Assembly (NCBI RefSeq): GCF_000231385.2
Contig: NC_018515.1
Location: 4,829,624 to 4,861,623, forward strand
DNA from: Desulfosporosinus meridiei DSM 13257
Lineage (GTDB): Bacteria > Bacillota > Desulfitobacteriia > Desulfitobacteriales > Desulfitobacteriaceae
Reading direction: 5' to 3'
Length of the DNA stretch: 32,000 nucleotides
Shown here piece by piece: positions 9,525 to 18,759 of this stretch. A model generated the notes under the pieces. The model saw nothing but the letters and a program-made list of their open reading frames with translations, was not told the DNA's origin and did no database searches. The stretch's first letter is position 1, and every line of letters begins with the position of its first letter. The position numbers and the translations under genes were made by a program.

Positions 9525-9568
9525 ATTGTCGAACATTAATCTAAAAAATACATAAAACATTCGACATT
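9525..9568. promoter_or_regulatory. PurBox-like inverted pair (candidate PurR operator)
   Basis: ATTGTCGAACATT (9525-9537, plus strand) matches the B. subtilis PurBox AWWWCCGAACWWT at 11 of 13 positions. A second copy on the opposite strand, AATGTCGAATGTT (9568-9556), matches at 9 of 13. The boxes are 18 nt apart and directly abut the -35. The core inverted repeat is TGTCGAA...TTCGACA. Confidence 0.35.
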
Positions 9569-9594
9569 TCTTGAGTCGCTACTTTATTATAAAA

Positions 9595-9628
9595 CCACAT
9601 AAAAACCCCCTTGCAAATTCGCAAGGGG
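9595..9628 (-). terminator. Rho-independent terminator after dnaB
   Basis: On the minus strand, CCCCUUGC/GCAAGGGG forms an 8-bp stem (9628-9621 / 9614-9607) with a 6-nt loop, followed by GUUUUUAUG. Confidence 0.75.
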
Positions 9629-9638
9629 TTAATATGAC

Positions 9639-10973
9639 TTAAGCACTTTGATGTTGTCGATCAAGATTCACAAACTTTGTGAACTCTTTAAGAAACCCTA
9701 ACTCGACGGCACCTACCGGGCCGTTCCGGTGTTTAGCAATAATCAATTCCGCAATTCCCTTTTTCTCTGACTCCGGATGATAATACTCATCTCGATAAAT
9801 AAATGAAATCACATCTGCATCTGCTTCAATTGCCCCCGACTCAAGCAAATCTGACATAATTGGTCGTTTATCTTGGCGTTGTTCAACTCCTCGATTAAGC
9901 TGAGACAAAGCAATGACAGGCACTTTCAGTTCACGAGCCAGACCCTTAAGGGCTCTGGAGATCTGGGCAACTTCCTGCTGTCGGCTCTCAGATTTTTTTC
10001 CAACCGACAAGAGCTGAAGGTAATCAATAATTATCATTCCTAAATTGTGCTCCGTCTTTAGTCTCCGAGACTTTGAACGAAGCTCCGCTAAGGAAATACC
10101 AACGGTATCATCAATAAAGATTGGCGCATCAGAGAGCGGGCCTACTGCCCGGGTCAACTTAGGCCAATCCGTATCCAAAAGATCTCCGGTCCGTACACGT
10201 TGTTGGTCGACCATAGCCTCACCGCAGAGCATACGCTGAACCAACTGTTCCTTAGACATTTCTAAGCTAAAAATTGCCACAGGCACCTTAGCCCGAACTG
10301 AAGCATTTTGGGCCATATTTAAAACCAGGGCCGTTTTACCCATCGAAGGTCGGGCTGCAATAATCACTAAATCTGACGGCTGCCATCCGGAGGTCATCCT
10401 GTCTAAATCGGTGAAAAAGGTAGGAACACCTGTGAGATTTCCTTTATTAGCGTAGAGATACTCAATTTTTTCAAAGGTATCTAACAAAACATCACGAATA
10501 GCACTAAACCCATCTTTAACTCGCTGTCTGGAAAGATCCAGAATCAGTTTTTCTGCTTCTTCTAATAGGGAATGGGCTTCTTCCCCTGGCTCATAGCCCC
10601 GTTCCAGAATACTGCTAGTTGCCCGAATAAGCTGACGAAGAAGGGATTTTTCGGAAACGATCCGCGCATAATATTCCACATTTGCCGCAGTAGGAACGGA
10701 ACGGGCAATTTCAGAAATTGTGGTTATGCCACCGACCTGTTCTAATCGCCCTTGGCGGTGTAAAGCCTCAGCAACACTGACCAGGTCAACCGGATCCCCC
10801 TTTTCCGAGAGATCACGAATTGCAGAAAACATTAACCGGTGATTGTCTCGATAAAAGTCATCCGGTTGAAGCAGCTCAAAGACCGAACTTCCAGCCTCCG
10901 GATCAAGCATCATTGCTCCTAAGACCGCTTGTTCGGCCTCTAAATTCTGTGGTGGAACTTTAATGAGTTCCAT
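9639..10973 (-). CDS. dnaB: Replicative DNA helicase (DnaB family; DnaC in B. subtilis nomenclature)
   Basis: 444 aa. It has the N-terminus PPQNLEAEQAVLGAMML, Walker A ARPSMGKTA, and IIIDYLQLL and SQLNRGVEQR motifs. Confidence 0.97.
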   Translation of the reverse strand: MELIKVPPQNLEAEQAVLGAMMLDPEAGSSVFELLQPDDFYRDNHRLMFSAIRDLSEKGDPVDLVSVAEALHRQGRLEQVGGITTISEIARSVPTAANVEYYARIVSEKSLLRQLIRATSSILERGYEPGEEAHSLLEEAEKLILDLSRQRVKDGFSAIRDVLLDTFEKIEYLYANKGNLTGVPTFFTDLDRMTSGWQPSDLVIIAARPSMGKTALVLNMAQNASVRAKVPVAIFSLEMSKEQLVQRMLCGEAMVDQQRVRTGDLLDTDWPKLTRAVGPLSDAPIFIDDTVGISLAELRSKSRRLKTEHNLGMIIIDYLQLLSVGKKSESRQQEVAQISRALKGLARELKVPVIALSQLNRGVEQRQDKRPIMSDLLESGAIEADADVISFIYRDEYYHPESEKKGIAELIIAKHRNGPVGAVELGFLKEFTKFVNLDRQHQSA

Positions 10974-11116
10974 ATTTTCTCTCCTCCGGTTCTAATCAGT
11001 GGGCACCAGTCCTTCAACGCGCAGGGTCGGCCATAAATGCCATAGGTTTTGACCATTGATGCCAAGAACTCCTGCACAAAAGAAAGCAAAAGGGCCTTTT
11101 GGAAAAGTTATAACTT

Positions 11117-13024
11117 TTAATCTTGTATAAAAATGTGGCTCATTGCCTCTTCAATCGTACTGACCGCTACAACTTCTATTCCTTGTAAGCTCTGCGGCAC
11201 ATCTGCCATATTTTCAAATGGAATTAAAACCTTTCGAACTTCAACTTGCTTAGCACCGAAAATCTTTTCATAAATGCCGCCAACAGGTTTAACTTTGCCT
11301 TGGATAGAAATCTCACCTGTCACCGCAACATCTTGTCGCAGAGGCTGTTTTTTTAAAGCACTATAAATGGCTAGGGTGGTTGCCAGTCCAGCTGAAGGAC
11401 CATCAATCTTCGCCCCGCCAATTACATTAACATGAACATCATAATTCCGGATATCTTCCCCTGTAAGGTCACGAATAACAGCCGCTGCATTAAAGACAGC
11501 ATCCCTGGCCATACTTCCTGCTGTTTCATTAAATCGAATGGTTCCTTTACCTTCTAAGCCTGTAAAGGTAATCGCCTCAATCTCCAAAACAGAACCCAAA
11601 AAGCCTGCTACTCCCAGTCCTAACACTCTGCCAATTTCCACATTGCTTTGAACCTTACGGAAAATAAAAGGGGTAAGTCTGGCAGATCGCAGAACCTCAT
11701 AAACATCTGCGCTTGTCACTCTTATCTCCTTTTGATCTGGGTTACGATACCTAGCGAGGCCATAGGCGTCTGTCAAAATACTATTGGCCTTCCTACCCTC
11801 AATGACGTATTCACTAATTATCTCAGGGACATTGTCGTCTAAAATCACACCCAGCTTTTGACCTGCCTGGCGAATAATCTCTTGGACATCTTTCGGTTCC
11901 AAAGGGACAAAGAATACCTCAGAACAGCGTGAACGCAGGGCTGGATTAAGCTCGGCAGGATCCCGGGTGGTAGCTCCAATGAGCACAAAATCTGCCGGAG
12001 CCCCCTCATCAAAAAGCTTCTTAATCCATTGTGGTATCTGCACATTACCAGGATCATAGTAAGAGGAATCAAAAAACGCCCGCTTATCTTCAAGCACTTT
12101 AAGAAGCTTATTCAAAAGCAAAGGATCCATTTCTCCAATTTCATCGATGAAAAGAATCCCTCCATGAGCATCGCTTACTAAACCCATTTTCGGTTCAGGA
12201 ATACCTGTATCTGCTAAGTCATGCTTGGCACCTTGATAGATTGGATCGTGTACGGAACCTAAGAGAGGGTTAGTTACATCCCGAGGATCCCACCTTAAAG
12301 TTGTTCCATCCACTTCAACAAAGGGAGCATCCTTAGAAAAAGGAGAAAAGGAACGTTTCTTAACTGTCTCCAAAGCAACCCTAGCCGCAGATGTTTTACC
12401 TACTCCAGGAGGGCCATAAATAATCATATGTTGAGGGTAGGGTGTTGCCAACTTTGCTAGGAGAGCCTGTACGGCAGCCTCCTGCCCAACAATTTCTTCT
12501 ACAGCCTGAGGACGTAGTACATCAATAGCGGATCGTTTCAGTGAAATAGTATTCATCTTTTCCAGAATAGCTAACTTTTTAAGAGTTTGGGCATTCTCGG
12601 GCCCAGTAGTTTCTTTAAGCACGTTCATTTTAATCTCTTTGACGTAATCCTCATGACGTTCTTGCATCTTCTCGGAAACTACACGTTCCAGACGATCTTC
12701 AACAGCACGCCGTGCAATAAGGTCTGCAATTTGCTCTTCAACTTCATCTAGGAATTGGGGTATTTCTTGCAGCTTTGGTATCCTTTGATCCGTGGGATCA
12801 TCAGAGACAATTTTCTTTAATCCTGCAACACGCTCAGTCAGTATCTCGGAGCGCATCAGCGCCAATGCCTCCAAGCGACTAGCCTTAAGCACTAGCTTAT
12901 CAGTTCCATAATAGTTTGAAAGCAAGACATAAAGTGCTTCAACTTCCCGACTCCACTCTTCCTCATCTTGTAACCGGTCTCCGTGATTTGCTTGATTTAA
13001 CCATTTTGTCAAAATCCCTTTCAT
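11117..13024 (-). CDS. lonC: Lon-family ATP-dependent protease of spore formers (LonC type)
   Basis: 635 aa. It has Walker A GPPGVGKTS, Walker B ILFIDEIGE and the Lon protease catalytic serine motif DGPSAGLA. Its position between rplI and dnaB is typical of Clostridia. Confidence 0.85.
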   Translation of the reverse strand: MKGILTKWLNQANHGDRLQDEEEWSREVEALYVLLSNYYGTDKLVLKASRLEALALMRSEILTERVAGLKKIVSDDPTDQRIPKLQEIPQFLDEVEEQIADLIARRAVEDRLERVVSEKMQERHEDYVKEIKMNVLKETTGPENAQTLKKLAILEKMNTISLKRSAIDVLRPQAVEEIVGQEAAVQALLAKLATPYPQHMIIYGPPGVGKTSAARVALETVKKRSFSPFSKDAPFVEVDGTTLRWDPRDVTNPLLGSVHDPIYQGAKHDLADTGIPEPKMGLVSDAHGGILFIDEIGEMDPLLLNKLLKVLEDKRAFFDSSYYDPGNVQIPQWIKKLFDEGAPADFVLIGATTRDPAELNPALRSRCSEVFFVPLEPKDVQEIIRQAGQKLGVILDDNVPEIISEYVIEGRKANSILTDAYGLARYRNPDQKEIRVTSADVYEVLRSARLTPFIFRKVQSNVEIGRVLGLGVAGFLGSVLEIEAITFTGLEGKGTIRFNETAGSMARDAVFNAAAVIRDLTGEDIRNYDVHVNVIGGAKIDGPSAGLATTLAIYSALKKQPLRQDVAVTGEISIQGKVKPVGGIYEKIFGAKQVEVRKVLIPFENMADVPQSLQGIEVVAVSTIEEAMSHIFIQD

Positions 13025-13077
13025 CAGGGGTCCCCTTTCACGAGAACAGATTATTTGATATCAGTTGAAATCGAATT

Positions 13078-13524
13078 TTAGATTGAGCTTACATGTACCT
13101 GAAGCTTAGCAATTACCTCAGGATGAACCTTCACATTAACTTCATAACTGCCAAGAGCTTTAATCGGTTCTTTCAGATCTAACTTCCGTTTATCTATTTC
13201 CACACCATGCTGTTTTTTTAAGGCATCGGCAATTTCTTTACTGGTTACTGAGCCAAACAAACGGCCGCCTTCACCGGTTTTTGTTTTTACTTCTACTTTT
13301 AAGGCACTTAATTTATTCCCTAATAAAACAGCATCTTCTTTTTCTTTTACTTTACGGCGCTCTTCAACAGCCTTTTTATGAGAAATATCGTTAATATTAC
13401 CTGTTGTAGCTTCAACAGCCAATTTTTTAGGGAATAAAAAATTTCTTGCATATCCATCTGCAACCTCTAAGATCTGTCCTTTTTTGCCGGTTCCTTTTAC
13501 ATCAGCTTGAAGAATTACCTTCAT
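13078..13524 (-). CDS. rplI: 50S ribosomal protein L9
   Basis: 148 aa. The sequence [36 protein letters not shown] is the canonical L9 N-terminus. Confidence 0.97.
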   Translation of the reverse strand: MKVILQADVKGTGKKGQILEVADGYARNFLFPKKLAVEATTGNINDISHKKAVEERRKVKEKEDAVLLGNKLSALKVEVKTKTGEGGRLFGSVTSKEIADALKKQHGVEIDKRKLDLKEPIKALGSYEVNVKVHPEVIAKLQVHVSSI

Positions 13525-13537
13525 GAAAACTCCTCCT

Positions 13538-14482
13538 TTATGATTCTTCCGGTAGACGACGGAAATTCACAACTAGATCAAACAGTCCAAATATAATAAT
13601 GCTTACAAAGCTAAACATGAAATAAATTAAATTCAATAAAATTAACACCCATTTGAGGAGCCTGGGGATTTTCGGTGATTGTAACAGAAAAAGGTAGGCA
13701 GCAATTCCTAAGACAAGGGTCAAGGCCCCATAAACAACCATAAGATTAATCCCTAGCCCCCGGATAAAAGCCCAAGAGAATTGATCCCCTAAGAGATAAC
13801 AGGCAATTCCCAAAACTGCACCCCAAACTGCATACCAGGGAAGACGCCAATGAGTAAAGGGAACCCATACTAAATCCTTTCTAAAAAGGCGCCTCACAAA
13901 ATAAAAAACAAAACCAAATTCAATAATCGCTAAAATCGCTGCTATACTCGGAAGGACTAAAGCATAAATCTCAATTCCTTGTTGCAAAATATCTCGGATC
14001 TGTACCTCGCTTATCCCTTGCTGACCCATAATCTCCAGCATACCGGATGCTTGGTATTGTTCTATGGTTGTATTGATCATAGCACTTGCGGTATTAGCAT
14101 CAATTCCCTGCACAATAAAAGGAAGGGTCTGCGCTACACCTAAGCTTCCTGCCAAGACAGCACTCCAAAAAAAACTCACCCGAACAGGCCACCCCTTTTG
14201 CCAGCCGAAAACTCCCAGTAAACCTGCCAGAGGTACGAAGCCTAGATAATTAATTGCGTTTACCTGATAGACAAGCAAGGCGGCGATATAGCCAAGTGCT
14301 AAAAAGACGGAGGCAGTAAGCATTCCTTTGCGCCGACCTACGATAAATACACTAAACAATAAAAATACTTCCCAAAAAAATCCCCAGGTTCCCATAGCGA
14401 TTCCCACAACCGGAAAGGTCATCAGAATTCCTCTCGCCAAATAATCTTGTGCCATTTCATCACTAATAAACATTATCTCCAA
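13538..14482 (-). CDS. yybS: YybS-family (DUF2232) polytopic membrane protein
   Basis: 314 aa with multiple hydrophobic helices. It sits immediately upstream of rplI, as yybS does in Bacilli and Clostridia. Confidence 0.7.
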   Translation of the reverse strand: MEIMFISDEMAQDYLARGILMTFPVVGIAMGTWGFFWEVFLLFSVFIVGRRKGMLTASVFLALGYIAALLVYQVNAINYLGFVPLAGLLGVFGWQKGWPVRVSFFWSAVLAGSLGVAQTLPFIVQGIDANTASAMINTTIEQYQASGMLEIMGQQGISEVQIRDILQQGIEIYALVLPSIAAILAIIEFGFVFYFVRRLFRKDLVWVPFTHWRLPWYAVWGAVLGIACYLLGDQFSWAFIRGLGINLMVVYGALTLVLGIAAYLFLLQSPKIPRLLKWVLILLNLIYFMFSFVSIIIFGLFDLVVNFRRLPEES

Positions 14483-14497
14483 CTTTCCCCATTAAAG

Positions 14498-14806
14498 TTA
14501 GTCCTCGGGAGCTAAGTAGCTTAATAATAAGCTCAAATCTCCCCATTGCTTTTCAAGACACATTTCATCTGTGATCTTTAAACTGTCTAAACGTTGCAAT
14601 AGCATACGATCAAGCCTTGAAAAATCAAAACCTAATCTTCTAGCTAACAAATAACTCATTCCAACAAGATCTGCTAAACCCTGAATCATTTCATCTTCAG
14701 ATCCACTTAAAGTTCCATGATGAACAAGCCACTGTGCCTGAATTAGATTAACCTTTAGTTCATCAATAGCTTTTAATCCTTTAACCACATCTACTTCAAT
14801 ATCCAG
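14498..14806 (-). CDS. MazG-like small helical protein; the start is probably upstream of the GTG given in the ORF track
   Basis: The 96-aa ORF from GTG (14788) resembles the short MazG-like family proteins found after rpsR in Clostridia (LADLVGMSYLLARRLGFDF). A strong SD, GGAGGGGG (14819-14812), lies 23 nt from that GTG. It is only 5 nt from an in-frame CTG (14806) and 11 nt from an in-frame ATT (14800). An in-frame stop at 14819-14821 bounds the ORF. Confidence 0.5.
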   Translation of the reverse strand: MDIEVDVVKGLKAIDELKVNLIQAQWLVHHGTLSGSEDEMIQGLADLVGMSYLLARRLGFDFSRLDRMLLQRLDSLKITDEMCLEKQWGDLSLLLSYLAPED

Positions 14807-15044
14807 AGATGCCCCCTCCTAATCTCTCCATCCATTTCAGAGGCCCCTACTTCTGTCTAAGTAGGAGTTCCATGCTCTGCATAATTCTCATCTCAGCTTA
14901 GGCTGCAACAGTTCACAATCTGCAAAAACTGTCAGAGAATACAAACCATGCCTACCAGATACAGTTCGTGATAAACCTATAAATCTCCTGCAGTTCTGAT
15001 TAATGAAAATTTAACCATTGCAGAACAATGTTCAGGATATAAGG

Positions 15045-15073
15045 CAAAAATACAAAAGGGAGCTCTCGCTCCC
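15045..15073 (-). terminator. Rho-independent terminator after rpsR
   Basis: On the minus strand, GGGAGC/GCUCCC forms a stem (15073-15068 / 15063-15058) with a 4-nt loop, followed by UUUUGUAUUUUUG. Confidence 0.7.
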
Positions 15074-15079
15074 TTTCTT

Positions 15080-15310
15080 CTACTCTACACTATATGGCAA
15101 TAAAGCAATACTGCGAGCCCGTTTGATGGCCAAGGTTACTTGGCGCTGATGCATAGCGCAGTTTCCTGAAATACGACGAGGTAATATCTTACCACGATCC
15201 GTAACGTACTTACGAATTTTATGTGTTTCTTTGTAATCCATTGACTCAACTTTATCTACACAAAAACTGCACACCCGCTTGCGTGGGCGACGTCCGCGTT
15301 CACGTTTCAT
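15080..15310 (-). CDS. rpsR: 30S ribosomal protein S18
   Basis: 76 aa, with the typical S18 motifs DYK....L.KY....GKILPRR.SG.CA.HQR....AIKRAR..ALLPY. Confidence 0.97.
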   Translation of the reverse strand: MKRERGRRPRKRVCSFCVDKVESMDYKETHKIRKYVTDRGKILPRRISGNCAMHQRQVTLAIKRARSIALLPYSVE

Positions 15311-15331
15311 ACTAATTCTCCCCTTCCCCTA

Positions 15332-15742
15332 TTAGAATGGGATGTCATCATCCAAATTCACTTCATGTCCAAAGGAACTATTCCCACCAAAGGATCTCGA
15401 TTCTGCGCTTCCGCCTCCACTATCTTTTGGACTTAGGAAACGAACATCTTCAGCAATAACCTCTGTTACCCAGCGCTTTTGACCATCTTGTCCAGTGTAC
15501 GAACGCACCTGAATTCGACCATCAACTGATGCCAGTTTACCCTTAGCTAAATAATTAGCACAGAGTTCAGCAAGTTGCCGATAAACTACGCAATTAATAA
15601 AGTCGGTATCTCTTTCCCCTTGAGAATTCTTATAATTGCGATCAATTGCTAATGTAAAATTTGCAACCGCTACACCTGTTGGGGTGTATCGCAATTCGGG
15701 GTCTTTCGTCAAACGGCCTATCAAGATGACACGATTTAACAT
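15332..15742 (-). CDS. ssb: Single-stranded DNA-binding protein
   Basis: 136 aa. It has the OB-fold N-terminus [21 protein letters not shown], a Gly/Ser-rich linker and an acidic tail DDDIPF. Confidence 0.97.
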   Translation of the reverse strand: MLNRVILIGRLTKDPELRYTPTGVAVANFTLAIDRNYKNSQGERDTDFINCVVYRQLAELCANYLAKGKLASVDGRIQVRSYTGQDGQKRWVTEVIAEDVRFLSPKDSGGGSAESRSFGGNSSFGHEVNLDDDIPF

Positions 15743-15760
15743 ATATGCCCCCCCGCTCTA

Positions 15761-16048
15761 TTAGTCGTCTTTTCTAACGGTTAAGAAACGGATTACATCG
15801 TCGGATATTTTCATAACCCGCTCAATTTCTTGAGATGTACGGCCTTCACCTTCGAAATTCATCAGGATGTATTGGCCCTCTTTGTAATCATCGATTTCAT
15901 AGGCTAACCGACGTTTACCCCACTTTTCAACCGTTAAGTTAGCTCCGCCATTGCTAGCAACGAGCCCGGCTAAACGATCTACAAGTGCCGTAGTTGCCTC
16001 TTCGTCCAAGTCTGGACGAATGATATAAAGTAATTCATACGCTTTCAT
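15761..16048 (-). CDS. rpsF: 30S ribosomal protein S6
   Basis: 95 aa. The sequence MKAYELLYIIRPDLDEE...WGKRRLAYEI is canonical S6, and it is the first gene of rpsF-ssb-rpsR. Confidence 0.97.
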   Translation of the reverse strand: MKAYELLYIIRPDLDEEATTALVDRLAGLVASNGGANLTVEKWGKRRLAYEIDDYKEGQYILMNFEGEGRTSQEIERVMKISDDVIRFLTVRKDD

Positions 16049-16112
16049 ATTTGCACCTCCCCTCGGACTAAACGGCCCCGACTTTACGGAGCAGGGATAT
16101 TTAGACTACCAA
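16049..16112 (-). promoter_or_regulatory. rpsF 5' leader hairpin (candidate S6:S18 autoregulatory leader)
   Basis: In the minus-strand RNA CUCCGUAAAGUCGGGGCCGUUUAGUCCGAGGGGAG, CUCC (16091-16088) pairs with GGAG inside the SD (16060-16057), and UCGG pairs with CCGA. This gives an asymmetric internal loop and occludes the SD GGGGAGG. Confidence 0.45.
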
Positions 16113-16118
16113 GCAGAA

Positions 16119-16147
16119 ATTATACCACTTCAAACTCAAAAAAGCAA
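16119..16147 (-). promoter_or_regulatory. Strong sigma-A promoter (extended -10) for rpsF-ssb-rpsR
   Basis: On the minus strand, TTGCTT (16147-16142), a 17-nt spacer ending in TGg, and TATAAT (16124-16119). Confidence 0.65.
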
Positions 16148-16243
16148 CATTTTAAGATAACTTAGTACTTTCATAGTTTTACCAGATTAACTTTCGAGCA
16201 GATCATTCTATAGCTTAGCCCGATACTAAAATGAATTTACTCT

Positions 16244-17344
16244 CTATACATTAAAACGGAAATGAACAATATCTCCATCATTCATAATGTACTCTTTGCC
16301 CTCCAGACGAACTAGCCCTTTGTCTCTGGCACCATTTAATCCGTTAAACTCAACAAAATCTTTATAAGAAACTACTTCTGCTCGGATAAAACCGTGTTCA
16401 AAATCAGTATGAATCACCCCAGCAGCCTTGGGAGCTTTTGTTCCCTGATAAATAGTCCATGCTTTCACTTCAATGGGGCCGGCAGTGAAAAACGTCATTA
16501 AACCCAACAAGTGGAAGGCAACGCGAATTAAGCGATCTAAACCAGATTCTTCAAGCCCTAAGTCTTCCAGAAAAGCAGCTTTTTCATCTGCCTCAAGTTC
16601 CGCGATTTCCGCTTCAATTTGAGCGCAAACAACAACGACTTCCGCACCTTCTTCAGCGGCAATCTCCCGAACTTGTTGAACATAGGGATTATCATCTGCT
16701 GTAGCTAACCCACTTTCACTAACATTAGCAACATAAAGCACCGGCTTTAGCGTCAAGAGTGGGAATCCCTTCAGAATCTCCCGCTCATCATCTGTAAAGG
16801 TCAAGGAACGGGCCCCTTTGCCTTGATTGAACACTTCCTTTAACCGTTCTAAAAGTGCAATTTCACTTTGTGCCTTTTTATCCCCCGTTTTTAGGAGTTT
16901 GGAGGTTCGATCTGAACGTTTCTCTATGCTTTCCATATCGGATAAGATTAATTCTAGATCAATAGTTTCTATATCTCGCTTTGGGTTTACATTACCTTCT
17001 ACGTGGACAACATTCTCATCTTCAAAACACCGTACGACATGCACAATTGCGTCGACTTCACGAATATGAGATAAGAACTTATTACCTAAACCTTCTCCTT
17101 TACTTGCTCCTTTAACAAGTCCGGCTATGTCCACAAACTCCACAGTCGCTGGAACAATCTTCTTCGGATTGACCATCTCTGCCAGCTTTTGCAAACGTGA
17201 ATCAGGAACCTCTACCATTCCAACATTAGGATCAATCGTGCAAAAAGGATAATTTGCGGCTTCCGCACCGGCTTGGGTGATGGCATTAAATAATGTCGAC
17301 TTGCCTACGTTTGGCAAACCGACTATTCCTGCATGTAACGTCAT
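16244..17344 (-). CDS. ychF: Redox-regulated ribosome-associated ATPase YchF
   Basis: 366 aa. It has the G1 motif [12 protein letters not shown], a TGS-like C-terminus and an end typical of YchF ([11 protein letters not shown]). Confidence 0.96.
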   Translation of the reverse strand: MTLHAGIVGLPNVGKSTLFNAITQAGAEAANYPFCTIDPNVGMVEVPDSRLQKLAEMVNPKKIVPATVEFVDIAGLVKGASKGEGLGNKFLSHIREVDAIVHVVRCFEDENVVHVEGNVNPKRDIETIDLELILSDMESIEKRSDRTSKLLKTGDKKAQSEIALLERLKEVFNQGKGARSLTFTDDEREILKGFPLLTLKPVLYVANVSESGLATADDNPYVQQVREIAAEEGAEVVVVCAQIEAEIAELEADEKAAFLEDLGLEESGLDRLIRVAFHLLGLMTFFTAGPIEVKAWTIYQGTKAPKAAGVIHTDFEHGFIRAEVVSYKDFVEFNGLNGARDKGLVRLEGKEYIMNDGDIVHFRFNV

Positions 17345-17386
17345 GTCAGAACCTCCTCATAATACGCAAACGAACTACCTTAACCG

Positions 17387-17415
17387 ATTATATGTGATGT
17401 TTTCATACACTGCAA
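17387..17415 (-). promoter_or_regulatory. Candidate sigma-A promoter for ychF
   Basis: On the minus strand, TTGCAG (17415-17410), a 17-nt spacer and TATAAT (17392-17387). Confidence 0.5.
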
Positions 17416-17471
17416 CCACTCTGCTCATTCAAACATGATACCCCCAAATAAGGTGACCTTGGTCTCAGTTT

Positions 17472-17666
17472 CTATTTTTCATCAACCCTTTGAAGAATCT
17501 CTTTTAAATTTCGTTCGAGTTTGACCCGCGGAATCCAGGCTTGATGCTGGCATCCTAAACACTGTATGCGGAAATCCATTCCCGTTCTCATTACCTTCCA
17601 ATCCAGACTTCCACAGGGATGTGGCTTGCGAAGTCGAACAATATCTCCTACATTTAACGGAATCAT
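17472..17666 (-). CDS. DUF951 family small protein (YyzM-like)
   Basis: 64 aa with the pattern VGDIV.L.KPHPCGS..W.V.R.G.D..I.C.GC.H, typical of DUF951. It neighbours ychF, as in B. subtilis. SD AGGGGG lies upstream. Confidence 0.8.
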   Translation of the reverse strand: MIPLNVGDIVRLRKPHPCGSLDWKVMRTGMDFRIQCLGCQHQAWIPRVKLERNLKEILQRVDEK

Positions 17667-17862
17667 TCAGTGATACCCCCTGATCGAGATTCGAAATTCG
17701 AGGCACGAATTCCCACGAAAGAACTTACCACGTTTTGCTTCTCATCTCGAGTTTTTGAGTTTCCTACCAAGCCGCTAGATTTGAGTAACTTAGTTTGATC
17801 TCCAAACTAAACAAATGACCGAATAAAACGTTAGTCTTTCCAAAAGTAACTTTATCGAGTTC

Positions 17863-18732
17863 TTAACCACTTGAATCCTTAATGGGATTCGTCACATAGA
17901 CATTTTGTTGTGGTGTGCGAATTCCTTCTTTTAAGAAAGCACTATGTATTTGCCTCCGCAGTTCTCTCTCCAAACTCCACTGTTCATTGGGCTGTGTAAA
18001 GGCAATTACTCTTAATACCGTATTTCTTTCACCAAACTGGATTACTCCTTGTACGGTTGGCGGATCAATTATCTTGTCACCAAACTCTGTACCCACCTGT
18101 TCACAAACAGTATGCATTACAGACATAGCCTTGTCCAAATCCTCATCATAAGGAACCTGAATATCTACCAAGGCCCTCATTTTACCTCTACTATAGTTGG
18201 TAACCGCTGTGATACTACCATTTGGAATAATATGAAGTTCCCCGCCCCAATCCCTCAGATGTGTTGCCCTAATCCCTGTCTCTTCAACTACCCCTGAGAA
18301 TTGACCGGTTTGTACATAATCGCCAACAGAAAATTGGTCTTCAAAGAGGATGAAGAAACCTCCAATTATATCTTTAACAAGGCTCTGGGATCCAAAACCT
18401 AAGGCTACTCCTAAGACACTAGCAGAAGCTAGAAGAGTACCTGTATCAAAGCTAAAAAGATGCTTAAGAACATGAATAATAGCAGTAAAGGCGATTAAAT
18501 AAAACGCCATACTCTTAAGCAACGAAAAGATCGTATTAGACTTGCGTTCATCAAGCAGTTTTTTTCCTCTATGGTCTAACAACATCCGGCGTAATAAATA
18601 AATTGCTAACCCATAAGCAACACGTGCAATGATTAATACTAAAACTATATATATCAGAGAATTTAAGATGGTCATTCCCAATTTTTGCCATTCAAAATTT
18701 GAGAAACTATTATTAATCCATAGACTATTCAT
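17863..18732 (-). CDS. Small-conductance mechanosensitive channel family protein (MscS-like)
   Basis: 289 aa. It has three N-terminal TM helices, then the MscS beta-domain signature GDYV..G...G.V....IR.T.LR...G....IPNG. Confidence 0.88.
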   Translation of the reverse strand: MNSLWINNSFSNFEWQKLGMTILNSLIYIVLVLIIARVAYGLAIYLLRRMLLDHRGKKLLDERKSNTIFSLLKSMAFYLIAFTAIIHVLKHLFSFDTGTLLASASVLGVALGFGSQSLVKDIIGGFFILFEDQFSVGDYVQTGQFSGVVEETGIRATHLRDWGGELHIIPNGSITAVTNYSRGKMRALVDIQVPYDEDLDKAMSVMHTVCEQVGTEFGDKIIDPPTVQGVIQFGERNTVLRVIAFTQPNEQWSLERELRRQIHSAFLKEGIRTPQQNVYVTNPIKDSSG

Positions 18733-18759
18733 GTTACTGTCTTCCTTTTAGTTAATGGA

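Noticed and set aside
10974-11116. Possible small ORF (about 37 codons, starting ATGGTCAAAACC on the minus strand) and GC-rich structure in the dnaB leader
   Set aside because: There is no SD, and it runs out of frame into dnaB. The pairing potential (GCAGG/CCUGC) is short and not obviously conserved.
17691-17701. 11-bp perfect palindrome TCGAAATTCGA, with nearby ATTCGA/GAATTC repeats, upstream of the DUF951 gene
   Set aside because: It is short and AT-rich and could arise by chance. There is no second half-site or known regulator motif to tie it to.
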